A DNA stretch of 64,000 bases, taken from assembly GCA_012295275.1 (NCBI GenBank), contig CM022671.1, forward strand, positions 33,356,001-33,420,000, in the 5' to 3' direction. A program made the position numbers and the translations under genes. Numbering within the stretch: position 1 is the first letter of the stretch; each line of letters starts with the position of its first letter. Positions 52,878 to 64,000 of this stretch are shown here, one piece after another. Under the pieces are notes generated by a model, which was not told where the DNA came from, did no database searches, and saw nothing but the letters and a program-made list of their open reading frames with translations. The stretch is from Chrysomallon squamiferum. Lineage: Eukaryota; Animalia; Mollusca.

Positions 52878-53932
52878 AAAAGCAATGTAAAATAGAAAAT
52901 TTGTTTTTAATTGGAAGCGTATCAACATCGAAAGCTACTTTTTGGCGAGATGAAGAACCTGGTTGATTTGTTAAACCATGGTGAGATTTGAGACTGCGCA
53001 TTGGAGAAAAATATTCAGTAAAACTTCAGAGAGGAAGTGTCACAATGTCAATATAGATATCTGGTAATCTTGCAGTTTAAAACTGAATCTCAAATTCAGC
53101 ATTACGCGCTCCATGTAAGTCGGATATTCTGACATACATTCTCGTTGGATAAAAACAACAACAACAACAACAAAAACCATTCAGTATTGCAGAAATGAAA
53201 AATAGAAGGTGGGAGTGGCCATTGTTCTAAGTTTGTAATTGGATTTATGGGGTGTTTTGTGATTTGAAATTGCTTTCTGTTTATTTTTCTCAAAACAAAC
53301 GTCAAATATCGGGCTAGTCTAGCATAGGGTGTCTGTCAAACATTCATTAACAATTATAATCTGAGAATCTCCGCTTTATTTACATTAGTTTTTAAAAGAG
53401 TTACACAGGAAATGTTTCAGGTAAATAGTTGTTCTCACCCACCTTCTTCAGCATTACTTTTTACTTTACGATAGTCACGGTAGTATACAGTTATGATTTT
53501 GTTTCACATTTTAATATAACTCCCTACACCAGTCCTGTCGATTACTCTTTTAGAAATTTATTAAACGCTACATTATTAAAGTGACGTAATGTCTCCATAG
53601 AAAAGACAAAGCTATTAAGTACCCGGATATTCGGTTACTGTAGACTAATATCAGTCTGCGGCGTAACACATTTACTGGAACATGCAAGGAGCTCCCACCC
53701 GTGCAGGTCACAGTGTAACTAACCTCGGTGTACATTTATTTTTATATTTCATTCTATTTTCACAGTTGTTGAATTTAAAGTTAGTGATAATTAATTAATT
53801 TATGTGTACTATCATCGAATTTTATGACAAAATTACAAATAAAAGCAGACATAAAGGTGAGTAATTTTTCTACTTTCACTTTCTTGACTCGCCAACTTTG
53901 ACGTAAGTTGTAAGATCTGAATTTTTCCACGC

Positions 53933-53971
<39 letters not shown>

Positions 53972-54450
53972 GACACACACACACATCGTTTGTTATAGAA
54001 AATAAAGTTTTGGTCATTTTGTAATTTAAGTCTACTCCTTGTCAGCAGAAGGTTTACTCAATATTTTGAGTCCATTCGTTGTCAGACGTCAAATGCACAA
54101 ACTTTGGTTCATATCGACTAGTCAAAAAAAATAAAAATAAATAAATAAATAAAAAATAAATAAATAAATAAAAATAAAATAAAATAAATAAATAATAATA
54201 ATAATAAAAATAATAATAATAATAAAAAAAATTAATAAAAAATAATAATAATAATAATATATTTTTTTTTAATAATAAATAAAGTTGGCAGATATTCATT
54301 TAAATATTTTATTGCTGGATTTTTGTTTGTTTGTTTGTTTGTGTTTTTTGGCTTGTTTAAATCTTAACAACAATATTACAGTGGTGCTTTACAAGATATC
54401 ACAGTAGAGCAATTATAAGAGTGATAAAATTAGAATTAAAAAATGTTAAC

Positions 54451-54516
<66 letters not shown>

Positions 54517-56198
54517 TAAAACGCCATGTAAGATATATCATTTGTTTTTAATTGGAAGCATATCAACATTGAAAGCTACTTGTAGGGGAAATAAAAAAAA
54601 ATTGGTTGATTTGTTAAGTCAGTGTGAGATTCGACACATTTATATGAGACTGTGCATATAGGTAAATTGCAACAAAATATATAGTAAAACTGCTGACAAG
54701 AATTGCGAAATGATTCCTGGTGATCTTGTACTTTAGAACTGAATCTGAAATTCAGCACTCCCCCTCCCTTAAGTCGGATTTTCTGACGTACGTTGTGCTT
54801 GTTGGTTAAGAAAAAACAACAACATTCAATACAGTACCAAAGAACTGAAATACAGAGAAAAGAAGTTGTGAGTAGCCGATGCTGTAAGTTTGTAATTGGA
54901 TTTATGTGGGGTGTTTTGTGATCAGAAATTGCTTTCTGTTTATTTTTCTCAAAACAAACGTTAAATATCGCGGCTAATCTAGCATCGGGTCTGTCTGTCA
55001 AACATTTATTAAATGATTAACAATTATAACCAGAGAATCAGAGCGTCTCCGTTGTTCTCTTTATTTACATCAGTTTTTAACACAGCAACCTCGTTACGCA
55101 GGAAGTGTTTAAAATAAACAGTGGTTCTTACCTGCCGGCTCTAGCTTTACTATTTAGTCTTGCTATATTATTGTATATACTACTACCAACTTATTTTTTT
55201 TTACAGTCCTAAAATTACTACTATCAGTTTGAATTTACCAACTTTCATTAATACCTCCTTGGACATCGTAAACGAAGGGTGTTTCTTTTAAAAGTTTTAA
55301 TACATCTCCCTACAACAGATATTTCGATTACTGTTTTAGAAATTTATTAAACGGTACATTTTGAAAGTGACGTAATGTCACCATAGAAAAATAAAAATGT
55401 ATCAAGTACCCGGATATTCGGTTATTATAGACTAATATCAATCTGCAACGTAACACATTTACTAGAACATGATAGGAAAACCCGAAAGGGAATTTACCCG
55501 TGTAACTAATATCAGTGTATATATATTTTTGAATATTTCATTCTGTTTTCGCAATTGTTGAATTTAAGCTTGGTCATAATTTAATTAATTCATGTGCACT
55601 ATCTTCGTATTTGTATTACAGAAATTACAAATAATAGCAGACATAAAGGTGAGTAATTTTTGACTCGTCAGCTTAGAGAATGTCAAATGTAAGAACTGAA
55701 TTTGTATATATAGGCTTATATATATATATATATATATAATTTGTTATCAAAAATAAAGTTTTGGTCAACAGAGGGTTTACTGAATATTTTGAGTGTATTT
55801 GTTGTACATATATAAAAGTAGTAATATATAACTAACCTCACTCTTCATTGTCAAACTTACCAAATCAACAAGGTTTTGCTTCAAATCGATTAGTGAAGAA
55901 CAAATATATATATATATATATAAAAAAAAAAAATAATAAAAATAAAAAAAAAAAACAAAAAAATAAATAAAAAAAAAGAATAAAAAGAAAGAAAGAAATA
56001 AAAGAAATAATATAAATAATTAAATTTAGCTGATAATCATTTAAATATTTTATCGGTTTCTTTCTTTCTTTTGTTTGATTGTTTATTTATTTGTTGTTAT
56101 TGTTTGGTTATTTTTAATCTTAACAACACTATTAAAATGGTGCTGAAAAGATACCACTGTAGAGCAATTACAAGAATCATAAAATTAGAACCAAAATT

Positions 56199-56252
<54 letters not shown>

Positions 56253-57153
56253 AAACGTAATGTAAAATAGAAAATTTGTTTTTAATTGGAAGCGTATCAA
56301 CATCGAAAGCTACTTGTTGGCGAGATGAGAAAACTGGTTGATTTGTTGAGATTTGACACATTTACATGAAATTTTACATTTGCAATAAACTGCAGCAAAA
56401 TATTCAGTAAACTTCTGACAGGAATTTCCGAAACGTCAGTAGTGATAGATCCCAGGTAATCTTGTTTCGTAAAATCGAATCTCAAATTCAACACTTCTCC
56501 CTCTCTGTAAGTCGTATATTCTGACGTAAAAAAAAAAAAAAAGAAAAAAACCAAAAATAAAAATAAAAAAAAAAAAAAAAACACACCCTCCACCAAAAAA
56601 AAAAAACCACTGCAGAGCTGAAAAAAAAGAGAACAGAAGGCGAGAGCAGCCGGTGTTTTCCAATTTGTAACTGGAAATATGGGTGTTTTGTCTTCAGAAA
56701 TTGTAACTCGGACATATGGGTGTTTTGCTTCGGATATTTTTGTCAAATTTTCATTAACAATTATAATCAGAGAATCAGAGTGTCTCCGTTATTCTCTTTA
56801 TTTACATCAGTTTTTAACAGAGATTAACTCAAGTTGTGCAGCAGATATTTCAGGTAAACAATCGTTTTTACCCAACCAAATTTCGTAGAAAAGACAGGGT
56901 TATTAAGTACCCGGATTTTAAATCATTATAGACTGATATCAATTTGCGGCGTAATACATTTACTAGAACATGATAGGAAAACCCGAACGGGAATGTACAC
57001 GTATAACTAATATGAATGTACATAGTTTTAAATATTCATTCTATGTTCGCAGTTGTTGAATTTAAGTTTGGTTATAATTAAATTATTTGCACTATCTTTG
57101 TTTTTGTATGACAAAGTGATAAAGAAATTCTGACAAAGGTGAGAAATTTTTCT

Positions 57154-57165
57154 ACTTTCACTTTC
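57154..57165 (-). promoter_or_regulatory. ISRE/IRF-E just after the first-exon donor of the proximal module (also 53872-53883)
   Basis: ACTTTCACTTTC = GAAAGTGAAAGT. Confidence 0.6.
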
Positions 57166-58000
57166 TTGACGCGTCAAGTTTGAAACTGTTAGTTGTAAAA
57201 AATTAATTTATATATACATTCATATCGTTTGTTATAGAAAGAGTTTTAGTAATTTAGCAGCAGACGTTGTTTTTTTTTTTTTTGAATATTTTGCTTCAAT
57301 TTGTTGTCCAGATGTAAAATAGTCATATAACTAACCCCACGTCCATTTGTCAACTTTGTCAAATCAACCATTTTTTTTTTGTGGCACACTGTTGACAAAA
57401 AATTAAAATAAATAATAAAATAAATAAATAAAAAAAAATATATAATAAAAAAAATACTAAAAAAATACTACTACTAATAAATAAATAAATAAAAAAAAAT
57501 TTAGCTTGTGTTCATTTAAATATTTGTTCATTGTTTTTACAGCTTAATAACACTATTAAATAGAGTCGAATTATTATAGTAAAGCAATTACAACACTGAT
57601 AAAATTCGGAACCATAAATGTGAATAGAAATTAGGAAGAAAAAAAATTATCTGGTGGCATAAATAAACACACAGCTGCTTGTTGATGAGAAGATAAAAAT
57701 GTGTCTGTCAAGTCAGAGTGAGCTTTCACATATTTCTGAGATTTTACATTTGCATAAACTGCAGGAAAATATTCTGTTAAACTTCTGGCAAGATATGGAC
57801 CAAAGTTTAATCATTTTGAAACGATATAGTTAAATGGTATTATAATTTTAGGTTACACAAACCATAAAGCCAATTTTATTTGGAATAATGTTTACTGAAT
57901 TTATTTCAGATGCTGTTATTTGTTGGGTACATTATTATTAGAAACAGTATCACTAACATCTGTTAACACTGGTTGACTGTTGTGGAATATTATTTCAGCT

Positions 58001-61000
58001 ATGTCTTCTAAACGCAAGAAAAAGAAGGCAGCAGCCAAGGTAAGATTGAGAAAAATCAGAAAAAAAAAAAAAAAAAATTACAATACAAATGTATATTTCC
58101 AGTGTCATGTCAGTCCTTTTTAAACTGTACATTTGATATTATAAAAACATCATTTAAACATATTTTGAATACTTCCATAAGTTATGCTTCCATCAGTCAT
58201 AGTTATCTGACCCATTCATTTATCCTGAAGAATGACCATCCACCTCAGTGTGAGCAGTCAGTGTACTCACAGTGTGACACATTTTGGTGGAGTGCCATTA
58301 TCTTAAGCAAACAAATGTGATGGAATCATTTCAGTTTCACACCAATCTTTGTTTTAATAAATTTGACAGTTACACAAGTTTACTATAAATTTTTATTTAG
58401 AAGTAACTTGAATTGTTTTCAACATTACCTTTGCTTAAGACTCAATTTACTTGGTTAACACCAAACTCAACCACAGAAATGCTTGGGGTTACAAGGAAGA
58501 ATGTTTTCACCACAGCACAAAATTTGTAATGAATAACATTATTAAATTACTCCATTGATTTCACAACAAAGAAGAAATTATTCCAGAATTTCCAAAACTT
58601 AAATCAACTCCTAAGTGATTTTTGACCCCTGGAAAAGTTTAATTAACTACTTTGGATATTCCTGAAATATCCAAACACTGCCTTTTAAACTGAACTAATT
58701 ATTATATGTTACAGGCACAGTCAGATTCAGACTTGAAGGAATTCATTAAGAAAGAAAAGCTGCAGATATGCTATGAGTTTATAAAAGATGAGATCGAACC
58801 AAGACACTTCATGGATCAGATGGTTACAAAAGGAGCACTAACATTTGATGATGAAGATTTAATTAATAACACACAACCCCCAACTCGTAAAACACGAGCA
58901 GAAAAATTGCTAGAAATTGTCCGGAATGGTAAACCTAACATATCAATGTATGACATATTTGTTGAAGCATTAAAAGAAAACTATCCATGGGTTGTAAAAA
59001 AACTTGAAGAAACACAAGTTGATGAGAAATCCAGTAAGTTATCTTGTTAACCAAAATGTTATTAAATTATATATCTTTTTATTCTTCTTGACAATGTTCA
59101 ATAACAGTATAAATTCTTTCTTTCTCTAACTCACTGTATTGGCACTTAATGATAGACTAGAATGTGTTCAGTTATGTTTAAAGGACAAAAAACAGATCAT
59201 ATATTATGATGCCTGAGTATCAGGGATAAGTTCATTTATGATATTCAGAATCTAGAAATGTTTTATTTCAGAAAACAACAACAAAATGATAGTAAATTAT
59301 GGTGAAAAATCATGAAATCAAAGCCATAAATAAGTGGATAATATTTTAATAATTTATGTGATAATTGGATAACATTATATTGTATTGAAGCCATTATTAA
59401 TTTAAGTCTTAGAAACAAATTGTCTTTGCTTCTTTTCAAACAGTTTTGAAGAAAATGAAGCAGACTGAAAAAAAGAAGACAGAAACTGTATACACTGAAG
59501 GTAAGTGTCAGAGAAAAACTGTAATACAAATCAAAATAAATTTCAGTATAATATCAGTTTCTTATTCCTTTATATAAAATGACATTATTAGAAAAGGTGA
59601 AATGTAATTTTCATGATGATATTTTATATATTTTCATAAATCTGTGTGAGCAAAGACAAGAATCTAGTAAGAAATGATTTCAGATATTTAATGTACAAAA
59701 GGTACTCTTTCAGAATCAGATTATATATCAACACAGTTGTAAAGTGCTAAACCAGGCAAACTAATTTAATTTTTATTTTATTTTTGTAGGTGAACGTCAG
59801 ATCATGGATGTTTTCAAAGACATTTTGACAAACACAGACGCTAAACAACTCCTTGCTGAAAACATGTCACTAATTGGCCAAGCCCAAAAATTTCTTAACA
59901 TTAAAGGTATATTTAAAGATTTTTCACCTGATTGGGTTAAAAAGAAGATAATTTAGTTGTCTTAATTGTATATAAATCCCATAACAATAATAAAAAAATG
60001 TATTTGTAAGTTGAACTTTTTTTGCAGATGGGAGCCAGAACTATACAGATAATGACAAATTGATAGCTCTAGTTACAAGCATCATTAATCCAACAGAATC
60101 ATCAAAAGAGAAAGAAATGAAGCTTGCTGAATTACAAACTCGGTTGGAAAAACTGTTTTCAAATACACAAGGGAAGAAGACCACATTTAAGGATGTTTAT
60201 GGTAAATCACTGGAACATTTTATTAAACAAAATATTGACAACTTTGATTTAAAAAAAAGAAAGGTGAATTATTTGTGAAGTTAAAGGTTCCCAAAGACAA
60301 AAAACAAAGCAGGAAATCATCCAAGGAACAAGGTCTGACAAGTGAATCATTTGGCAGAAGTGAAAATACATCTGTGCCAGAAAAACCTGTTGATGCTATG
60401 ACAGCAACTGCCCCTGTAGCTTCTGGTTTCAATGAAGAAAGTTCCACTGATAATCAGGGAGAATGGACAGACGTTACCCCAAATCGTCGAAGCAAGGTGA
60501 CTAAAAGAAAAGAAAAGACTGCCTGCTTTGATCCTATGGTAGAAAAAACTGAAGAGCAAACACCAAAAATATTAATAGAACACTTTTTGAGACAAAAAGA
60601 AAGTAGTTGCTTGAGGTTTTATGCTGATGATAAAATGTACCAAGATAATATTTACAAATTTATGCAGGATGTTGTTAGTTTGTGGAATGTTCCTTCAAGG
60701 GATAAAAGTTATATTGTTCTTGGTGTGATGTGTCAGTCTAATATGCCTCATAGAGTGACAGGCATTCAGGTTTCTAAAGATAATGATTTTTATCAGAGGC
60801 TTTTCAACTCAGAATATTTTACTAGCAAACCACTCTATAAATATAATGAGTATGTTTATGACAAGAAACTTGTGGGCATTATTACAGTATATAGTAGTAA
60901 AGGATGTGGACGCCCATCATATGTAAAAATCAGTTCTCCTCAATCTGAAATCATAAAAGAACAATTATGGGTTAGTTATAACAAAGAAAACAAGGTGGTA

Positions 61001-64000
61001 CCCCAGGATGATGATTTACATCATGAAATATTTAAGTGGTTCATCTCAGAAGAAACATATCCTCTACCAGCAAATGACAACAAATCAGTGACAATTTGCA
61101 GAGGAACAACAAATGCCCCCTCTGGACAGCAAACTCATGAAAACACTATAGAATTTGCATCAGCTGTAGAGCATTTCAGAAAGGGTCACTTTGTACTTAT
61201 CTCAGGTACATCCTTAAAAAGGTCAAAAAGACTTGAAAGTTTTGCCCTAGTCCCTTGGATAGCTGTCTATGATTTTGATAAATATACCAGAGATAACGGA
61301 TTGCTCTGTTATGTTGAGGATAGCATAAGGAAAACCCGAAGTCTGCATGTTTTGACATGGAAAAATGATGTAATTGACTTGACAGAGAATGGAACCCAGT
61401 GGTGGTGCTTAAGAGGACTCAGAGAAAGTCCAGAGAGTGAGACACCTGATAACCCTGTGACATGGATCAAGACAACAAGAAAAGCCCTCAAAGCAGTGTC
61501 CAGCAGTTTGGGTAGATTTTGTGAGGATTACACAGTCTTAAAAATTGTAATTATTTGGCCACCTGGAAAAACAGAAGCAGATTACATGAGAAGGTTTTTG
61601 GATCATCTTGAAGAATATTTGTATTCTTCTAAATTAATAATTATCTGTTTTGAAGATCTAAAGGAAAATGAATCTGAATCTCTGTTAACTTTGTTGACTG
61701 ACAGTCACAAAGATAGTGTGAGGATTAACATTCATCAGGATGATTTGTGTCATGAAATAGAAAAACTGTTAGAAAAGGAGGAGTCTGAGAAACACATTAA
61801 ACACACATTACCAAAGGACAAAGGCTGTACTGATAGCTATATTGATGAAAGTGATGCTGCATGGTTGCTAGAAGATATGGATGTCCTCTTTGAACTAAAT
61901 CCATATACTAAATCCACCTTGGATATAGACATTCTTGAAAAAGAAGAAGAAATCTTTTATCACGGAGGTACTATCAAATGGTCTACTTGGTATGAAATTG
62001 GATCTGGATTAGAAATTGAAAGAGATATGTTGAACAGAATGAAAGAACATATCCAACAATGTGCCAATAATTTCAAAACTGTCACTGTTACTCTCTATCA
62101 TGCACCAGGTGGTGGTGGAACCACAATGTCTCAAAGAATTTTGTGGGATCTCCATAAGATTATCCCATGTGTTGAAGTGAAAAAGAATGCTCATGTTGAA
62201 GGATTAATAGACAGAATTACTTTCATTCATGATAAAACGCATCTACCAGTATTGGTATTACTAGATGGAGATGATGAGGTGAAGGTAAAACAACTGAACA
62301 CAGGTTTGAAATCAGTGTATTCTGTATTGTTGTATGTCAAAAGATACATTGGACCAATGCTAGAACCAAATTATAACCTGGATGAAAATAAATTTTGGTT
62401 AAAAGGAAGAGTATCAGCATGTGAAGCCAACAGACTTGCACTCAAATTTCAAGACCACTGTGATGATGAAGCAAAGAAAAGAAAGCTTGCCAAACTCAGC
62501 AGAGAAGTGCGGGAGAAACAAATTTCACATTATGTTTTTGAATTTGGGATGACAACATATTGTGCTGAATATAAAGGTATTGCATCTTTTGTTAGAGGTT
62601 ATTTAAGTTTAGACAGATATCCAGAAATGGACCTTTTACCATGGCAAAAGCTTTTAGCATATTTGTCCTTGGTATACTACTATGGCCAGGCATCAGTGCC
62701 TTGTCAGTTTTTTGGACAACTACTGAACAAACCATCAAATTATGTCATTGACATGGATGATTTTCCACATCCACTTTGTTTATTTGTTGTACCTAGTTCA
62801 AATAAATATAGAGCTAATGAGATCAGAATCTGTCATTACTTTGTTGCTAAGGAGGTACTTGAATATGTACTTAATCCTTTGAAAGATGGTTTACAAGAAA
62901 ATTATCTCAGCAGAACTGCTAAAAGGAACTTAAAAAAACTGTGCATTGAGTTCATAGACTATGCTGGTCACAAAAATCTGAAATCTTCTTTAACTGCCAC
63001 AACAGTCATACGTATTCTAACTGAAACGTTTATCTATAGAGACAACAAAAATATTGGAGAAAGTGAAATCTCCAAAAACAGGAAACCTGTGTTTGCAAAG
63101 GCAGTCATTGATGTTGACCAATATCAACCCTTTACAGGGAGACTTGAAGTTCTGCGAAAACTAACAACTTCTTTTCCTCAGGATCCAAACTTTCATGCTC
63201 ATCTTGGACGATTTTATGCTTGCTGCAGACCAGAAGAAGAAGACAAGGCAGAAGCTTGTTTTGAAGATGCTCTCAAACTCTGTGAGCAACAGAACTTGGG
63301 GAAAGAAATAAATGATATTGAGGATAGCATGCGTTTAACTCTCATGCATGTTTATCATATGTATGGTACCATATTTAAACAAAGAGTGTCAAAATTTACT
63401 GGAAAACCACCATGGAACAAAACACAAGTAAACATAGATGACAGTCAGTTCTTGTCTAAAGCTGAAAACCTAACAATTGTTGCAGAGAAGGCTTGCAAAT
63501 ACTTTGGACTCAGTAGAAAACATAAACCACTAGGACATGGTGAAACAACTGATTATTCATTTTCTTCTGAAATCATAGTCCGTCTTCATGTATGTGACTT
63601 TGTAAGAAAACACCAAGGACAGAATGGAATAACAAAGTTCATTAAAGAGAATAATGATCATCCAGCAGCTAAATTCATTAAGAAAAGTGTTTATACCATT
63701 GAAGATTTAATGGTAGAATACTACAATACAGTTGATCCTGATAATGCAGATCAAGAATATCAGAGAGCCATAGTTTGGTATCATGTTTTATTCAGTGAAC
63801 ATACAGATAAACTGAAAAACTGTTTCCAACTGTTGATCATGATTCTAGGAGATTAACAATTGCTGCTATCAAAACTAAAATATCTTGAAAATTTTAAAGG
63901 CACCTTGTAGTGTTTTTGAGGAAAACCATTTCAGAAGATGACATACAGTTGGTAACATTATATGAAGGAAATTTCATCGATGCTCATATATCTTCTGAAA
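58001..64000 (+). CDS. SAMD9-like: SAMD9/SAMD9L-family STAND NTPase with N-terminal CARD (CARD - AlbA_2-like - SIR2-like - P-loop NTPase - TPR); 3' end runs off the window
   Basis: Exons 58001-58039 (MSSKRKKKKAAAK), 58715-59033 (CARD), 59444-59500, 59790-59906, then a giant exon from 60028. SAMD9-type motifs: VVSLWN..SYIVLGV..VTGI (AlbA_2), PWIAVYDFD..NGLL (SIR2-like), LYHAPGGGGTTMSQRILWDL (Walker A; compare SAMD9 [20 protein letters not shown]), PVLVLLDG (Walker B), DPNFHAHLGRFY (TPR). Single-base frameshifts occur at the A-run 60251-60258 and after about 63815. Confidence 0.88.
58715..59033 (+). CDS. CARD exon of the SAMD9-like gene (Apaf-1/caspase-type CARD)
   Basis: KLQICYEFIKDEIEPRHFMDQMVTKGALTFDDEDLINNTQPPTRKTRAEKLLEIVRNGKPNISMYDIFVEALKENYPWVVKKLE shows the six-helix CARD pattern (D.L...lT..d.e.I...TR..RA.KLL.i...Y..F..AL...YP). 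Confidence 0.85.

Larger units (their letters stand above)
51745..57800 (+). promoter_or_regulatory. Four tandem ~1.5-1.8-kb diverged promoter / non-coding first-exon modules upstream of the SAMD9-like gene
   Basis: Each unit has acccggat...gcgtaacac...kB-like site(s), an Inr-like TCATTC (52290, 53749, 55538, 57036) and, about 100 nt later, a strong donor aaag|GTGAG (52389, 53857, 55649, 57139). No coding exon is seen in the units. Confidence 0.7.

Noticed and set aside
63815-63856. Stop at 63854-63856 as the true end of the SAMD9-like protein
   Set aside because: Coding-like sequence continues in shifted frames (LFPTVDHDSRRLTIAAIK...ISEDDIQLVTLYE) across short homopolymers, and the expected C-terminal region is missing. 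Indel errors are likely.

Overview
This is AT-rich, microsatellite-rich, intron-containing animal DNA, most likely an invertebrate such as a mollusc (inference). It has one 200-N assembly gap at 32983-33182. Splicing the + strand by hand (GT-AG, phase-consistent) gives an innate-immune cluster that the ORF track mostly misses. It holds a tandem array of 4-5 paralogous multi-exon genes, each encoding an N-terminal RIG-I/MDA5/MAVS-type CARD fused to Z-alpha (Z-DNA/Z-RNA-binding winged-helix) domains. The C-termini vary: gene A (681-5061) CARD-Za; gene B (8299-15226) CARD-Za; gene C (17366-27207) CARD-Za-ITAM-like-Za; gene D (29340-gap) a frameshifted or partial copy; gene E (34435-48760) CARD-Za-ITAM-like-SH2, where the SH2 lacks the FLVR arginine. 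Next come four tandem promoter/5'UTR modules carrying NF-kB and ISRE motifs, then a SAMD9-family STAND NTPase gene (58001 to beyond the window). In that gene a CARD replaces the SAM domain and the AlbA_2 nuclease site looks degenerate. The CARD exons show many amino-acid changes against nearly identical introns. The array is a mosaic built by unequal crossing-over and by capture of exons from the SAMD9-like neighbour. The best candidate for an undescribed system is an interferon-like-inducible, ZBP1-analogous Z-nucleic-acid sensor family that signals through CARD rather than RHIM. Domain calls come from motif recognition by eye, not from database searches. Several single-base homopolymer indels suggest imperfect base accuracy.
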